Assembly (NCBI GenBank): GCA_051530055.1
Contig: CM121341.1
Coordinates: 5,062,784-5,126,783, forward strand
Direction: 5' to 3'
Length of the DNA stretch: 64,000 nt
Origin: Neoechinorhynchus agilis
Taxonomy: Eukaryota > Animalia > Acanthocephala
In this document: positions 33,100-46,897 of the stretch, in pieces
Layout: the number at the start of each line of letters is the position of its first letter
Numbering within the stretch: position 1 is the first letter of the stretch
Notes under the pieces: model-generated
The model's database searches: none
Seen by the model: only the letters and a program-made list of their open reading frames with translations
What the model was told of the DNA's origin: nothing
Position numbers and translations under genes: made by a program

Positions 33100-35388
33100 A
33101 TGTCCGAGGGAGCTCGTTCGAGTAGTGAAAAGGGACCCGAGATCGATGTTCGTTTGACATTGTCGGATGTAATGCTTCCATCCGCTGAAATGCTCCTTCC
33201 TAACCCAACTCCCTCTTCTCTCGATGGTTTAAGTGCCTTAGAGGAGCGCGAGTTCCGTGCGCTTGCTTGTGATCTGATTCGTTCATGTGGAGTATTGTTG
33301 AATCTGCCTCAACCAGCGATGGCAACCGCTCAACTTCTATTCCATCGAGCCGCTTATGCCAGGTCGATAGTTCGTTTTCGGCTCGAATACACATTAATGG
33401 GAGCTTTGACGTTGGCTGCTAAGATCAACGAATGCAGTCGAAGAATCCGAGACGTTATTAATGTTTTTAAGCATGTAAAGCAGTTGCAAACGGGTGCACC
33501 GGTCCGTTCCGTGCTGGTGGATCAGCATTATACACATTTGAAGGAACAGGTCATTAGAGCCGAACGTAGAATTCTTAAAGATCTTGGATTCTGTGTGTTC
33601 CCTAAACAACCTCATAAGGTATCTGATGGGTTTTTTTGATCTGAGGAATGTAACCTTTTCATTTAGATCTTAATATCGTACTTACGGCTTCTTAAAATGG
33701 AAGAGGATCAAGAACTTGTTCAAAAGGCTTGGTGAGTGTGGGTTTTCTTTTTAAACCCAACTTTGGACTACAGATCGTTCGTTTGACCGATTCTATAGTC
33801 TACATTCATTTTGAGCGTTTATTAGTAGGCCGTTGATTTTAGCTATTTTGAGAGGGAAATCAATCATAGAAATCGTAGCCCGTTGATTTCTATGGTTTTA
33901 TCCATTTTGAGAGTTTATTGGTCAATCATAGAAGTCGCAGCCCGTTGATTTTATCAATTTTGAGAGTTTATTGGTCAATCATAGAAGTCGTAGCCCGTTG
34001 ATTTCTATGGTTTTATCCATTTTGAGACTGAAATCTTTCATAGAAATCGTGGGCCGTTGATTTTATCAATTTTGAGAGTTTATTGGTCAATCATAGAAAT
34101 CGTAGCCTTGATTTCTATGGTTTTATGCATTTTGAGACTGAAATCTTTCATAGAAATCGTAGCCGGTTGATTTTATTGATTTTGAGACTGAAATCAATCA
34201 TAGAAATCGTAGCCCCCTGATTTTATCCATTTTGAGAGGGAAATCAATCATAGAAGTCGTAGCCAGTTGATTTTTATCAATTTTATGAGTTTAGTCATTC
34301 ATAGAAATCGCGGGCCGTTGATTTTATCCACTTTGAGAATGAAATCAATCATAGAAATCGTAGCCCGTTTATTTCTATGGTTTTATCCATTTTGAGAGTT
34401 TATTGGTCAATCATAGAAATCGTAGGCCGTTGATTTTATCCATTTTGAGAATGAAATCAATCATAGAAATCGTAGCCCGTTGATTTCTATGATTTTATGC
34501 ATTTTGAGACTGAAATCTTTCATAGAAATCATGGCCTTGATTTTATCCATTTTGAGAATGAAATCAATCATAGACATCATGCCCATTCTGATGTTTTGCT
34601 ATATATTAAAAGTTTTGAAAGCGATCTTCAAGTGGGGGAAACTCGTTGCTTTTCAATGGCTTGTGAGTGCAAAACAACTAGTAATTGTGTTATTTTGTGA
34701 AGAAGTTCTAATTTTTGTGTGTATCAAAACCTCTAACCAGCTCTCTTATTATAGGAACTTTTTGAACGACAGTTTCATGTCGGACGTCCACCTCCGATTT
34801 CCAGTTGAGAAGATCGTTTGTGCTTGTATATTCGTAGCAGCACGTCAGCTAGAGGTCAGATACGTGTATAATTTCGGATATTATTTGATTTTAATACACC
34901 TTTTCGAATAGATTCCAATGACTTTTGAACAAGACGGTAACACCTCGACGCCTCAGTGGTATGAATTGTTCGGGCTTACAGGCGAGCAAATTAAACTAAT
35001 AAGCCTGCATTTGCTCCGCGTTTACACAATCAAATTTAAACCACTTAAAACATATTTTCAGAGACTCGATGAACTCAAAGTAGCGTATGATTTATCAAGG
35101 CAGCCATTGGCTTCAAATAGCGAGACTATCATCAAAGAAACCAAACTCATTAAGTCGATATCGTCTTTGATAATCCCTTTGTCGAATAAAACGGAAAGTC
35201 GATCCGAAACAAAGAAGGATCATCATCGGCGAAAGCCACATCGCAGTGACAACGATCGAAAAAGAAGTAGCAGTCCTCACAAAGTCCACGAGTCTCAAAG
35301 GAAACATCGAAGGCTCGCAAGCGCTGTTGTACGGGTCAGGCGAGATGCACCCGTCTATCTTAATCATTATGGACGCGGTGATCGATGA
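33100..35388 (+). CDS. CCNL1: Cyclin L; exons 33100-33618, 33667-33731, 34755-34854, 34912-35388
   Basis: LLPNPTPSSLDGL, LNLPQPAMATAQLLFHR, ERRILKDLGFCV..KQPHK, QKAWNFLNDSF, IVCACIFVAARQL, WYELFG and an R/S-rich tail. Confidence 0.93.
33830..34575. repeat. Irregular minisatellite (about 40-60-bp modules 'aatcatagaaatcgtagcccgttgattt') filling cyclin L intron 2
   Basis: Direct reading of the recurring module. Confidence 0.9.
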
Positions 35389-35649
35389 TAAACAAAAAAA
35401 ACGAGAGAAATTTGTGTAAAATCATGTGAAGATTGTCAGGGAATAAAATTGCATTACGCGAAATGTGCTCTTTTTCAAACAAAAACCCAAGGTCTTTCAG
35501 TTTTAGCGAACTTAGAACATTTAGTTGGGTCGATTTGATAGCTTTTGCAGTCTTTTTGTTCGTTGATTCAGGCAGCGAACAGGTACCCCTCAATGGTTTC
35601 AAACAATTTCTTTTGGGACTCACCCCTGGTAGCGAGAATTCATAACTCT

Positions 35650-36330
35650 TTAATTTCAGATTCTCGTGGCCTGGTGAACCGAACTCGATTGGGGCATTCT
35701 CTACAAGAGAATCAGCTGCTTGGCTCAACGTTATCCCAATCGTTTCTGTGGGTACTCTCCGACGAGACATTAAGGATTGCAGTGTCCCTGAGACTTGGGA
35801 TACCGATGTGCACATCCCATCGCTGCCGTTGCGGAGCGACCGTGAAACCATCGGGATGTCACGGGAATCGTCCGTCGGCAATCAGACGGAAGGTACTCAC
35901 GACACGCCGGCGTCCAACATCCTGGAACCGAGCAATCTTTGCCGACTCGATGGCCGTCGACCAGACGGTGTCACAGAATTCCCTTGGCGAGGGAGGCAAA
36001 TGTCTTCTCTGGGACGCAATTCGCAGCCAGCAACATAAAATTCGCCACAATTAAACCGGAGGGAGAACTGCAAACGCCGCTGAGAACCGCAAAAGAGTGG
36101 AAATCATTATTTCGTTTCCTTTGGCGTCGAAACACTGTGGTCGTTTAGTACCGCGGCGCAGGACCTGGTGAATCAATTGTTCAAGAGACTGAGACGAATC
36201 ACTAGCTATCCGAGATCAGGAGCATTTCTCCTACAAAACATAAGTCTGCCCCGTCAACGAGCGAACCCTGCATCCGTCCTTTCGACCGTTGCAGCAAGGA
36301 CGGCAGATGAGTGATTCAGAAAGGCGGTGG
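35650..36330 (+). mobile_element. Decayed CRE 3' remnant (knuckle + RLE)
   Basis: RIAVSLRLGIPMCTSHRCRCG, NILEPSNLCRLDGRRPDG, GGKCLLWDA. Confidence 0.85.
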
Positions 36331-37820
36331 TGTGAATGATCTAACTCTATCTATTTTATGTCCGAAAAACAATAATCTAAACAACGTTTTCGTTAATAGA
36401 AGCTAATCTATAATTGTCTTATTCGATTTTGGATGAAACTAAAAAGCCGACGAATGGATCTGATTAAAAAATCTGAATCAATAAAACCGGCTTGCCATTA
36501 AATAAAGAAGCATTTAAAGAATTATTGCGTCCACGCATTTAGTTTTTCGTAGTTTCCATAAAAATGGCTTCTGCTCTTAAAATGCCAGCGTATGGACAAT
36601 CTTGAATAGCTCTGGCCAAAATTGTTCAATACTAGACTCCCCAACTGAACAAGAATCCATTGAGTAAAAAAATGGAAAGAATAAACAGTAATAGATATTG
36701 TGGGAAGTATAGAAAGCCGATTGCCAAAGTTACTTTTTTTACGATTAGAGCGCAATATCAGACAAGTGCAAGTCAACAAAAAAACGCAATAAAGACACAT
36801 GACAACAACGAATCGAACAAGACAATTATTATATACACTAACCAAGAAAACGACTGCAGAAGCTTTCAAACAACATCGCCCTGATTTTCGAGGCACCTGC
36901 CTTCAAGAAAAAGCCACTTAAGACGTCAGGTTTTGGTCAACTTCTGCCACGAACAATTCGGATCAGTTCGTCGTGGGGTTAAATCTTTGCAACTAGTTGC
37001 AGGGCCTTCTTTGCAAAGAAAACTATGTGAGAGAAGTCAAAACAAAAAGGATTCATAGGTGCACCATTCGTCGATGATGATTTATTCACTGCAATTAACA
37101 ATCTGATTAATAGAGCTGCCCCCAAAAAACCTCGAGTGTTGTATCTAAACGACGAATGCTAAATCATTAAGATCCATGGTTAAGAAACGAGATTAACATA
37201 ATTCCCTGCAGCGAATGCATTAAATCCTACGTAGGCCAAACAAACAATTTTGAAAGAAGAACCAAAGAGCAGAAATATGCGCTCTGAGGACCAGCGACGT
37301 GTTAAAAATCAATGGAAAACGCAAGGAACGGATACATTTTCGCTGAACTTCGGGTATAGCGATCCCGAGCGCACTCGAGCCCAATATTTCAAATATAATT
37401 ATATCATCCCGAAATATATTCTCTGAAGATTATTAATGTCCAAAATCGATATGCAGCCTTATTTTAAAAGTATTGAGGATTAAGCGAGTAAATGACGCGA
37501 CCTGGATCATAAAATTTATTAAATTATTTGATTTAATGTTCTCAAAAACGTTTTTCTCGTTATTTTTGAATGGGTCATTGGAACGTTGATTTTTTCGGTT
37601 CAACATAGAAACTCGCTCCGATTAATCGAAAACTGAGAGTTCTTAAAGTCTCACTAATTATCTCACTTGTTTTCGATTAGGCCAAATAACAAACAGATTT
37701 AATAGGCGAAACTGTTGTTCAAAATACAAAATAGCAAACAACATTTGCAACGAAAAAACCGATTATGGTTGCGGTGAGCGGTTGAAAAGAGACAAAGAAA
37801 CACAGCGATAAGAGAAAGCA

Positions 37821-38800
37821 ATGATGTCTCAAACTAAATGCAAAGAATCTCCAGTAAAGAAAACTACCCTTGAGGATTTATTTACCGCCCTGAAACTAAA
37901 TGCAGATGAGATGTTTGTTATAAGAAATGAAGAAATGGCTGAGAAACTCATTCGAGAAATACTCAAAAGGAATATCACAGCTTCTGATATAAAGGAATTG
38001 GATATCGAATATTTTATAAGAAGCTCAGTGCTGATGACGAGAGCGACGATCTTCTTGATTTGATAATAGAATTGTTAAACCGTATTGAAGAAGTGTTAGA
38101 CGAAAGAGAGAAAGGTTTCTCCAGCCCGGATATTTGCATAAAACAAACGGAGAGTAAGGAGATAACGACCTCGGAGCTCAGGAAAAACGATACAGGGAGC
38201 ATTTTAGAAGAAGCGATCGAGATTCCACTTCCTGATGATGAAGAGGAATCATTTGAAGAGTTCCTAAGAAATTCCTTCGAATACTTGCGTCCGGGTGAAA
38301 TTGCTATGCAGAATTCCGCGTTTAAAATTAGTGCACCACGGCAAAGTTCCATTGATGATTTCAACGGAATTCGAATGATCCGTAGTCCAAAAGATCGAAT
38401 GGCATCATCAGGGCCGAGAGATAAAAGAGAAATGGCTCAAAAGCGTCAATGTCCATTAAACACGACGTTTCCAGATATTAGAACTTTGCCAGTGAAGCGT
38501 CCTCATATTGAATCGTTCATAAACTGTGAGGATCAAATGATTCCTAATTGGTTAAATCCATTAACCTTCCCAGAATCCAATAGTCGGTGTTCAAGGTCAA
38601 AACCGACTCAATTATCGACAACGAACATTGATTCCACCAATCGAAGACTTTTGCATGGAACCAAACGTCCATCAACGGACGAGGAATGCCCGTCAAATGG
38701 TTCCAAGCATCGTATCCTGAATGCGGACGTCAATGAACAAACAACACCGAAATTGGCATTGCTTCCATTTGTAATTGATGGAGAAATTGTGTATTTGTAA
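37821..38800 (+). pseudogene. Orphan family A, copy 1; one-base frameshift at about 38022
   Basis: ORFs 37821-38063 and 38060-38800 together equal the intact 49166-50146 protein. Confidence 0.75.
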
Positions 38801-39209
38801 TCTTTGTTAGAAATTTAGAAAAGTTTTCTTAATTTTAAAGAAGTGAACTTTGTTTCATTTTTTAATGTGTATCGGAAATATAGCTAATTTTTTTGAATTG
38901 TCGTCATTTATTGTTGTTAGCTTCAAATGAGCGCCGCAGTCATCATTACGCTGCCAACATTCAGTTTTGTAGAAAATTTAAAAGCAACTTTGAGAAAGTC
39001 GTAAAAGTTTGGACTTCCGAAATCAATCGGATTCAATTAGTTTAAAATTTAGCCCACATAAAAAATGAGCACGAACAATTCAATGTTTAAACGTGTGATT
39101 ATTTCAACATTTCGGTTTGACCCTTGAATTGGTAATAAATTGACGGAATAAAGGAATCAATACCGAAATGTCAACTTATTTGGCGCACACACACAAACCA
39201 TCGAGCAAC

Positions 39210-39904
39210 TTAAGTATCCAGTAATGATCTAACAAGCCTTCTCATTTCATTTAGACTGGTTTTTTCATCTTTGTGATCGTTATGCCAATCTCGTTTTGGA
39301 ACCTTTTCGGTCTTAACTTCTCCATCTTGTTCGAACCAACCGAGCTGCTTGATAACTAAAAAAGCGGATTGTTCGTCATTTGGACGTAATCGATTGAACT
39401 TACATTTTTGGCCATCATCAACCGATATTCCGAGATATTCGGAAATTTTGTTAACGGAAAAACTAAGTTCGTCTTCTTTAAGCCTCGATAAAAACCGTTC
39501 TCTGTATGTGTCTAAGAAGATTTCTAAAAAAACCATAGAACAGAAAGCATCTCACCCTTCAGTAAAGTACTACTACTTTGAATCGAATTAATAATTTCTA
39601 ATGAACCCAAGAAATCAGCCAAAGCCCATTTTTTTCCAAATTCGTTTAATCTGTTCAACACATCGTCCCCGATTCTCTTTTTTAGCATTGCGAAATTACC
39701 ACTCAAAGAAATGAAGTTATTCTATTTTGCTAAAAGCAAAATTTAAACCTATTCTCAGTGAGTATACACAAAACTCCCAATTCAAATTGTTCCATTTCGC
39801 TAAGATCGTCCTGTTGAGGCTACCGAACAAACTTTTTATAACGTCAATCAAACCGTCAAATACTTCATCTCGAGCTCATCGATACGTTCTGCGACGTTCG
39901 ACAT
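39210..39904 (-). CDS. COPS8: COP9 signalosome subunit 8-like, left-arm copy
   Basis: Mirror of 48062-48756 with the same length and splice sites. Confidence 0.7.
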
Positions 39905-41066
39905 CTACAAAGCGTGATATAGACTTATTTTTTCGCCAAGAACCACGATTTTAACGGTCAGAATCGTCAAAAATTCACTTTTGATCGTTTGGACACGCGC
40001 TACCATCTATGGAATAAGTTAAAAATTGTGTTTTTCGATTGAGGATTCCATATTGGAAACCTAGCCGTCACAATTCAGTTATCCCTGTAATAACTTTTCT
40101 GACATCTCTTGTTTAAAATTATGGCTAAATGTTTGAAGCATTGGATCTTAACGGGTTTCAGAGTGCCCTGTAAAAGTTTCGAGGAATTTACTTCAATTTT
40201 ATTTGACTTTAAATGAAAATCAAAGTTTAGTGTCTTGAAAGTGGACGTCCGGGAGACGCCGATTCATGTTCCCAATAACTTTTTACCCCACATGAACCTT
40301 TGCGAATCGAACGGCAAGCGTCCGGGTGGTTTGGGAGTTTTTCCCTCGGTCCGACGGAAATGGCCCATCGGCCAAATCGAACGCCAATATTGCGAAGAAT
40401 GACCCGGTCCATAGATTTCAACGTTTTCCTCCTTTAGAGCGGAGACCGGCGATGAAATTCAATAGCGAAATCTTAAGCCCTACGAAGATTATCACGAAGG
40501 ATCTTCGCTCGGCAGCATTTCTCCAGAATATTAGAAATCCGGCGAGAATAGCTTTTGGGGATGATTGCGGAGCTGAATTTAGTGATTTTTTTGAGAAATA
40601 AAATTTTAAGTGATTGGAAATAAGTCTCATGGTTAAATCGTGAATATTATGAATTATTGCAATTTTTTCCAATTCGCCTGTTTTGTTCGTTAGGAAGTTG
40701 TTCAACAGATTTGGAAAATCTAAGGTCTTTCAAACCCCGTGAAGTCAAATATTTTTATTGAAGAATCAGCGATTCATGAAGCAATAGAGGATAAAGATGT
40801 TTCTACAGTGTGCCCAGAGAATAAGTGTAAAAAATTGAATAAAACATTTTCTATTAAACCTAAAGATATTCCCTCGAAATGCAGAAATTACAAAGAAATG
40901 ATTCATTTCCATCTCGAAAACAATTGACTGAACAAAGCCAACGAAAAGGTCGAAAATTTTCAAGATAAATCTCTTTTCATAATCAAACATCGCTAATTTA
41001 AACTTAAACAGAAATTGCAAGCTAGTGACCGATACACCTTCAAGGTCAAAAGAACGCCAAACTTGT

Positions 41067-42582
41067 TTAATTTTGGGAAGGCGGCGAATCATTCGGCTCC
41101 GTTCGTTGCGGGTTGCAATCTAGGCTTTGAACAGCGCTTTTTGCTATTTTAGAAGGACGATCGTCGCTTGGTAGTGGACGCTTCTTTTCTTGCGTTGTTT
41201 CCTGGACACTTGAGTCAGTATTTAGTTGCGATGTTTGATTGGATATCGTAGCTCTTAAATCTGATTGGTTTGTGGGAACTGTGGCCGGAACGTTACCACG
41301 AGACCACCGATATGGAGGGAATCGATACGAGTTCTTGTTGAAAATCTTCGTCCTAAAAGGTATCTAGCAATTTTTTCTCAACGTTTGGGCTAATTTAGCT
41401 GGATCGTTTTGAAGTTGCTCTGTAGTCAAAGTCACTGGATCTGGTGGATCTTGATTATTCTTGGCAAGAGATTGTTCAAGGTGCTGATCAGTATCTAGAT
41501 TTCCACTAAGTTCGGCAGTTATTGGTCTCTTCGTAATGGTCGAGGTCGTAGAGGAATCATTGATCTTTGAATTGGGATAATGGCGATCGGGTGGAGGAGA
41601 TCGTAATTGGCGATCAGGCTCATGCGTACTTGGTGGATATCGCGTCAAAATCGGTCCTGATGGATTTGGTATTCGTACCGGTTCAACGAATTGGCTATCA
41701 GCCATTACCGATGTGAATGCAGGAGTGGTCTGAGCTACTGGATATTGAATATTGGGAGCGAATTGTCTTCTATAATGGCTGTCGGACCCATTTCTGCGAT
41801 TACCAATGACCTCAATATTCGGTATTCTTGATGCGGTACCAGCTTCAATATGTGGACGTTTCGCCATCAAAGTCCCACATCGTGCAGCATTTTCGTAGTT
41901 CGATCGCTTCATTGAATTGATCGGCTCATTTGGTCGAACGAATTCAGAGTTCGGTACCATCGAAGCGGGCTGTATGGTTCGCATATTGTAATTAACAGGA
42001 ATTGGTTTTTGCTCGACAGCATTACGTTGAAAGTTGACTGGAAATTCATTTGTGGATCTGGTACAACAGAACGCTGTAGATTCCTTATTGGAAGGAATCG
42101 GACACCTGAGTGCTTGTCTGATTGATTCATCGATTTTATATTGTTTTGGTGCAGGAGCTGTAGCTCGTTTCTTAGATTTTGAAGCTCCGCCCTCATCAGG
42201 AAGCGGAACTTCTACAGCCGCTTTAAATTTTCGTTCAGCACCCACCTCCTCGTCTGGTGCTCTGGTTCCGACGATTTTTTGGTTACGTGATTTTGGTTTT
42301 TCGTTTATTGCTTCCTGAATTTTATCCACCACCTCGCAGTAATCTGCGGATTGATCACTTACTGCATTCGCCAGCAAATTTCTCAAAGTACGCAGCAAAA
42401 TGGAACCGCGCACATCACTCTTCGAAATGTCTCGTTTCATCATCTCTTCAAGGAGTTTCCTCAGCAATCGCGGCATCCGTAACTCGGTATCCACAGGTGA
42501 CATTAATCCTCAAAGTGGCCAGGAGATCGCTCATTGGAGCAGTTTTAAATGCTGATTCATTGTACGTTATTTTACTTACCAT
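41067..42582 (-). pseudogene. Orphan family B, copy 1; several indels versus the intact copy
   Basis: Indels at about 41370, 42330-42360 and 42460 break the frame relative to 45380-46897. Confidence 0.75.
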
Positions 42583-42864
42583 TTTTCTGTTAAAATGATC
42601 CATTGCCCGTTTGATCGTCGACGGTAAAGGACAACCTTAACGGGAGAGGGGGTCCGTGAACCGTGAAATCGGTTGATAAATCAATGAAAAAAAACAAAGA
42701 GATCTTTGGGCAACTAATGGAGAAATCGACCTTGCTATTAGGAATAAATAATGAGCCAAAATAAAGGGTGATAATATTTTCGTGCTTCATATCAGATAAA
42801 CATTCTGAAAACATCTTTAATACCGAGAATTTGGCTGATTTTAAGGTCGCCAGTTGTTTTCCAT

Positions 42865-44278
42865 TAGGCCAAATAACAAACAGATTTAATAGGCGAAACT
42901 GTTGTTCAAAATACAAAATAACAAACAACATTTGCAACGAAAAAACCGATTATGGTTGCGGTGAGCGGTTGAAAAGAGACAAAGAAACACAGCGATAAGA
43001 GAAAGCAATGATGTCTCAAACTAAATGCAAAGAATCTCCAGTAAAGAAAACTACCCTTGAGGATTTATTTACCGCCCTGAAACTAAATGCAGATGAGATG
43101 TTTGTTATAAGAAATGAAGAAATGGCTGAGAAACTCATTCGAGAAATACTCAAAAGGAATATCACAGCTTCTGATATAAAGGAATTGGATATCGAATATT
43201 TTATAAGAAGGCTCAGTGCTGATGACGAGAGCGACGATCTTCTTGATTTGATAATAGAATTGTTAAATCGTATTGAAGAAGTGTTAGACGAAAGAGAGAA
43301 AGGTTTCTCCAGCCCGGATATTTGCATAAAACAAACGGAGAGTAAGGAGATAACGACCTCGGAGCTCAGGAAAAACGATACAGGGAGCATTTTAGAAGAA
43401 GCGATCGAGATTCCACTTCCTGATGAAGAGGAATCATTTGAAGAGTTCCTAAGAAATTCCTTCGAATACTTGCGTCCGGGTGAAATTGCTATGCAGAATT
43501 CCGCGTTTAAAATTAGTGCACCACGGCAAAGTTCCATTGATGATTTCAACGGAATTCGAATGATCCGTAGTCCAAAAGATCGAATGGCATCATCAGGGCC
43601 GAGAGATAAAAGAGAAATGGCTCAAAAGCGTCAATGTCCATTAAACACGAAGTTTCCAGATATTAGAACTTTGCCAGTGAAGCGTCCTCATATTGAATCG
43701 TTCATAAACTGTGAGGATCAAATGATTCCTAATTGGTTAAATCCATTAACCTTCCCAGAATCCAATAGTCGGTGTTCAAGGTCAAAACCGACTCAATTAT
43801 CGGCAACGAACATTGATTCCACCAATCGAAGACTTTTGCATGGAACCAAAACGTCCATCAACGGACGAGGAATGCCCGTCAAATGGTTCCAAGCATCGTA
43901 TCCTGAATGCGGACGTCAATGAACAAACAACACCGAAATTGGCATTGCTTCCATTTGTAATTGATGGAGAAATTGTGTATTTGTGATCCTTGTTAGAAAT
44001 TTAGAAAAGTTTTCTTAATTTTAAAGAAGTGAACTTTGTTTCATTTTTTAATGTGTATCGGAAATATAGCTAATTTTTTTGAATTGTCGTCATTTATTGT
44101 TGTTAGCTTCAAATGAGCGCCGCAGTCATCATTACGCTGCCAACATTCAGTTTTGTAGAAATCTTTTAAGCAACTTTGAGAAAGTCGTAAAAGTTTGGAC
44201 TTCCGAAATCAATCGGATTCAATTAGTTCAAAATTTAGCCCATATAAAAAATGAGCACGAACAATTCAATGTTTAAAC
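42865..44278. repeat. Direct repeat (about 1.41 kb) of 37678-39090 inside the palindrome spacer
   Basis: Match from ttaggccaaataac to caatgtttaaac. Confidence 0.92.
43008..43986 (+). pseudogene. Orphan family A, copy 2; one-base insertion at about 43850 alters the C-terminus
   Basis: Nearly identical to copy 3 up to LLHGTK, then shifts (ggaaccaaaacg versus ggaaccaaacg). Confidence 0.7.
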
Positions 44279-45379
44279 CTATAATGGACGTTTCAAGAGT
44301 TTAAATAGTAGAAAATTTACACGAAACTTTGAGAAAATCGTACAAGACTCTCCGAAATATCGGATTCAATAGCCGTTAAAGAGCTCGATAATTCAAATTT
44401 GTTGGTTTGGTCTTCGTTCGATAGAGAACGTTTTATTGGAGAAATTCACTGGTATCGGTACTTCGCATATCGATATTTTGAAAATAATCGATGATTCACT
44501 TCAAAAAAGGTGTTTTGAGCTTATAATTCTAAAAAATGAAGAGGATTGTCATTCATTTTTGGTATGTCATAGAGAGAATATCCTTCTGGATGATAAAGTT
44601 TGAATTGTGGTGATGATAATCCTCTGGTTAAAAGATATTTTATTGGTTCGCCAGAAAGCTTCATATCATTAGTCATTGTTAAAGTATTGCGAAATAACAT
44701 CGGGATCAATGGCGATAGCAGTGAAGCAAACGAGAAACTTCTAAAATATAGAAAGCTATCCATAGATTTCAACTTTTTCCTCCTTTAGAGCGGAGACCGG
44801 CGATGAAATTCATTGGTGAGATCTTGAGGCTTTTGAGGATTATCACGATCGCTCGGCAGCATTTCTCCAGAATATTAGAAATCCAGCGAGAAAATGCAGT
44901 CAGCTTTTGGGGATGACTGCGGTGCTGACTTGATTCTTTTTCCAGAATCAATATTTTTTAATATGGCAAAAAATAAAACGTATTTAGAAATTTATTAAAA
45001 TCTTAGAGAACTGACATTAATTGATGCTTCAATTCAGCTGAGAAAATATCAATCAACCATTAAAAATCGGGCGAATTATTTAATTTCAAGTTTCTCGCGC
45101 TTAAGAATTTAACGACCTTAAAATCAGCCAAATTCTCGGTATTAAAGATGTTTTCAGAATGTTTATCTGATATGAAGCACGAAAATATTATCACCCTTTA
45201 TTTGGGCTCATTATTTATTCCTAATAACAAGGTCGATTTCTCCATTAGTTGCCCAAAGATCTCTTTGTTTTTTTTCATTGATTTATCAACCGATTTCACG
45301 GTTCACGGACCCCCTCTCCCGTTAAGGTTGTCCTTTACCGTCGACGATCAAACGGGCAATGGATCATTTTAACAGAAAA

Positions 45380-46897
45380 ATGGTAAGTAAAATAACGTAC
45401 AATGAATCAGCATTTAAAACTGCTCCAATGAGCGATCTCCTGGCCACTTTGAGGATTAATGTCACCTGTGGATACCGAGTTACGGATACCGCGATTGCTG
45501 AGAAACTCCTTGAAGAGATGATGAAACGAGACATTTCGAAGAGTGATGTGCGCGGTTCCATTTTGCTGCGTACTTTGAGAAATTTGCTGGCGAATGCAGT
45601 AAGTGATCCAATCCGCAGATTACTGCGAGAATTGGTGGATAAAATTCAGGAAGCAATAAACGAAAAACCAAAATCACGTAACCAAAAAATCGTCGGAACC
45701 AGAGCACCAGACGAGGAGGTGGGTGCTGAACGAAAATTGAAAGCGGCTGTAGAAGTTCCGCTTCCTGATGAGGGCGGAGCTTCAAAATCTAAGAAACGAG
45801 CTACAGCTCCTGCGCCAAAACAATATAAAATCGATGAATCAATCAGACAAGCACTCAGGTGTCCGATTCCTTCCAATAAGGAATCTACAGCGTTCTGTTG
45901 TACCAGATCCACAAATGAATTTCCAGTCAACTTTCAACGTAATGCTGTCGAGCAAAAACCAATTCCTGTTAATTACAATATGCGAACCATACAGCCCGCT
46001 TCGATGGTACCGAACTCTGAATTCGTTCGACCAAATGAGCCGATCAATTCAATGAAGCGATCGAACTACGAAAATGCTGCACGATGTGGGACTTTGATGG
46101 CGAAACGTCCACATATTGAAGCTGGTACCGCATCAAGAATACCGAATATTGAGGTCATTGGTAATCCCAGAAATGGGTCCGACAGCCATTATAGAAGACA
46201 ATTCGCTCCCAATATTCAATATCCAGTAGCTCAGACCACTCCTGCATTCACATCGGTAATGGCTGATAGCCAATTCGTTGAACCGGTACGAATACCAAAT
46301 CCATCAGGACCGATTTTGACGCGATATCCACCAAGTACGCATGAGCCTGATCGCCAATTACGATCTCCTCCACCCGATCGCCATTATCCCAATTCAAAGA
46401 TCATCGAATCCTCTACGACCTCGACCATTACGAAGAGACCAATAACTGCCGAACTTAGTGGAAATCTAGATACTGATCAGCACCTTGAACAATCTCTTGC
46501 CAAGAATAATCAAGATCCACCAGATCCAGTGACTTTGACTACAGAGCAACTTCAAAACGATCCAGCTAAATTAGCCCAAACGTTGAGAAAAATTGCTAGA
46601 TACCTTTTAGGACGAGAGATTTTCAACAAGAACTCGTATCGATTCCCTCCATATCGGTGGTCTCGTGGTAACGTTCCGGCCACAGTTCCCACAAACCAAT
46701 CAGATTTAAGAGCTACGATATCCAATCAAACATCGCAACTAAATACTGACTCAAGTGTCCAGGAAACAACGCAAGAAAAGAAGCGTCCACTACCAAGCGA
46801 CGATCGTCCTTCTAAAATAGCAAAAAGCGCTGTTCAAAGCCTAGATTGCAACCCGCAACGAACGGAGCCGAATGATTCGCCGCCTTCCCAAAATTAA
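45380..46897 (+). CDS. Orphan family B, intact (about 505 aa): N-terminal helical domain plus a long P/S/T/N-rich disordered tail
   Basis: Uninterrupted 512-codon ORF. Confidence 0.8.
   Translation: MVSKITYNESAFKTAPMSDLLATLRINVTCGYRVTDTAIAEKLLEEMMKRDISKSDVRGSILLRTLRNLLANAVSDPIRRLLRELVDKIQEAINEKPKSRNQKIVGTRAPDEEVGAERKLKAAVEVPLPDEGGASKSKKRATAPAPKQYKIDESIRQALRCPIPSNKESTAFCCTRSTNEFPVNFQRNAVEQKPIPVNYNMRTIQPASMVPNSEFVRPNEPINSMKRSNYENAARCGTLMAKRPHIEAGTASRIPNIEVIGNPRNGSDSHYRRQFAPNIQYPVAQTTPAFTSVMADSQFVEPVRIPNPSGPILTRYPPSTHEPDRQLRSPPPDRHYPNSKIIESSTTSTITKRPITAELSGNLDTDQHLEQSLAKNNQDPPDPVTLTTEQLQNDPAKLAQTLRKIARYLLGREIFNKNSYRFPPYRWSRGNVPATVPTNQSDLRATISNQTSQLNTDSSVQETTQEKKRPLPSDDRPSKIAKSAVQSLDCNPQRTEPNDSPPSQN

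Larger units (their letters stand above)
37058..42849. repeat. Left arm of a large inverted repeat (partner 45114-50909)
   Basis: Reverse-complement match from ggtgcacc..tcgtcgatgatg (37058/50909) to ttggctgattttaaggtcg (42849/45114); ORF track is mirrored. Confidence 0.95.
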
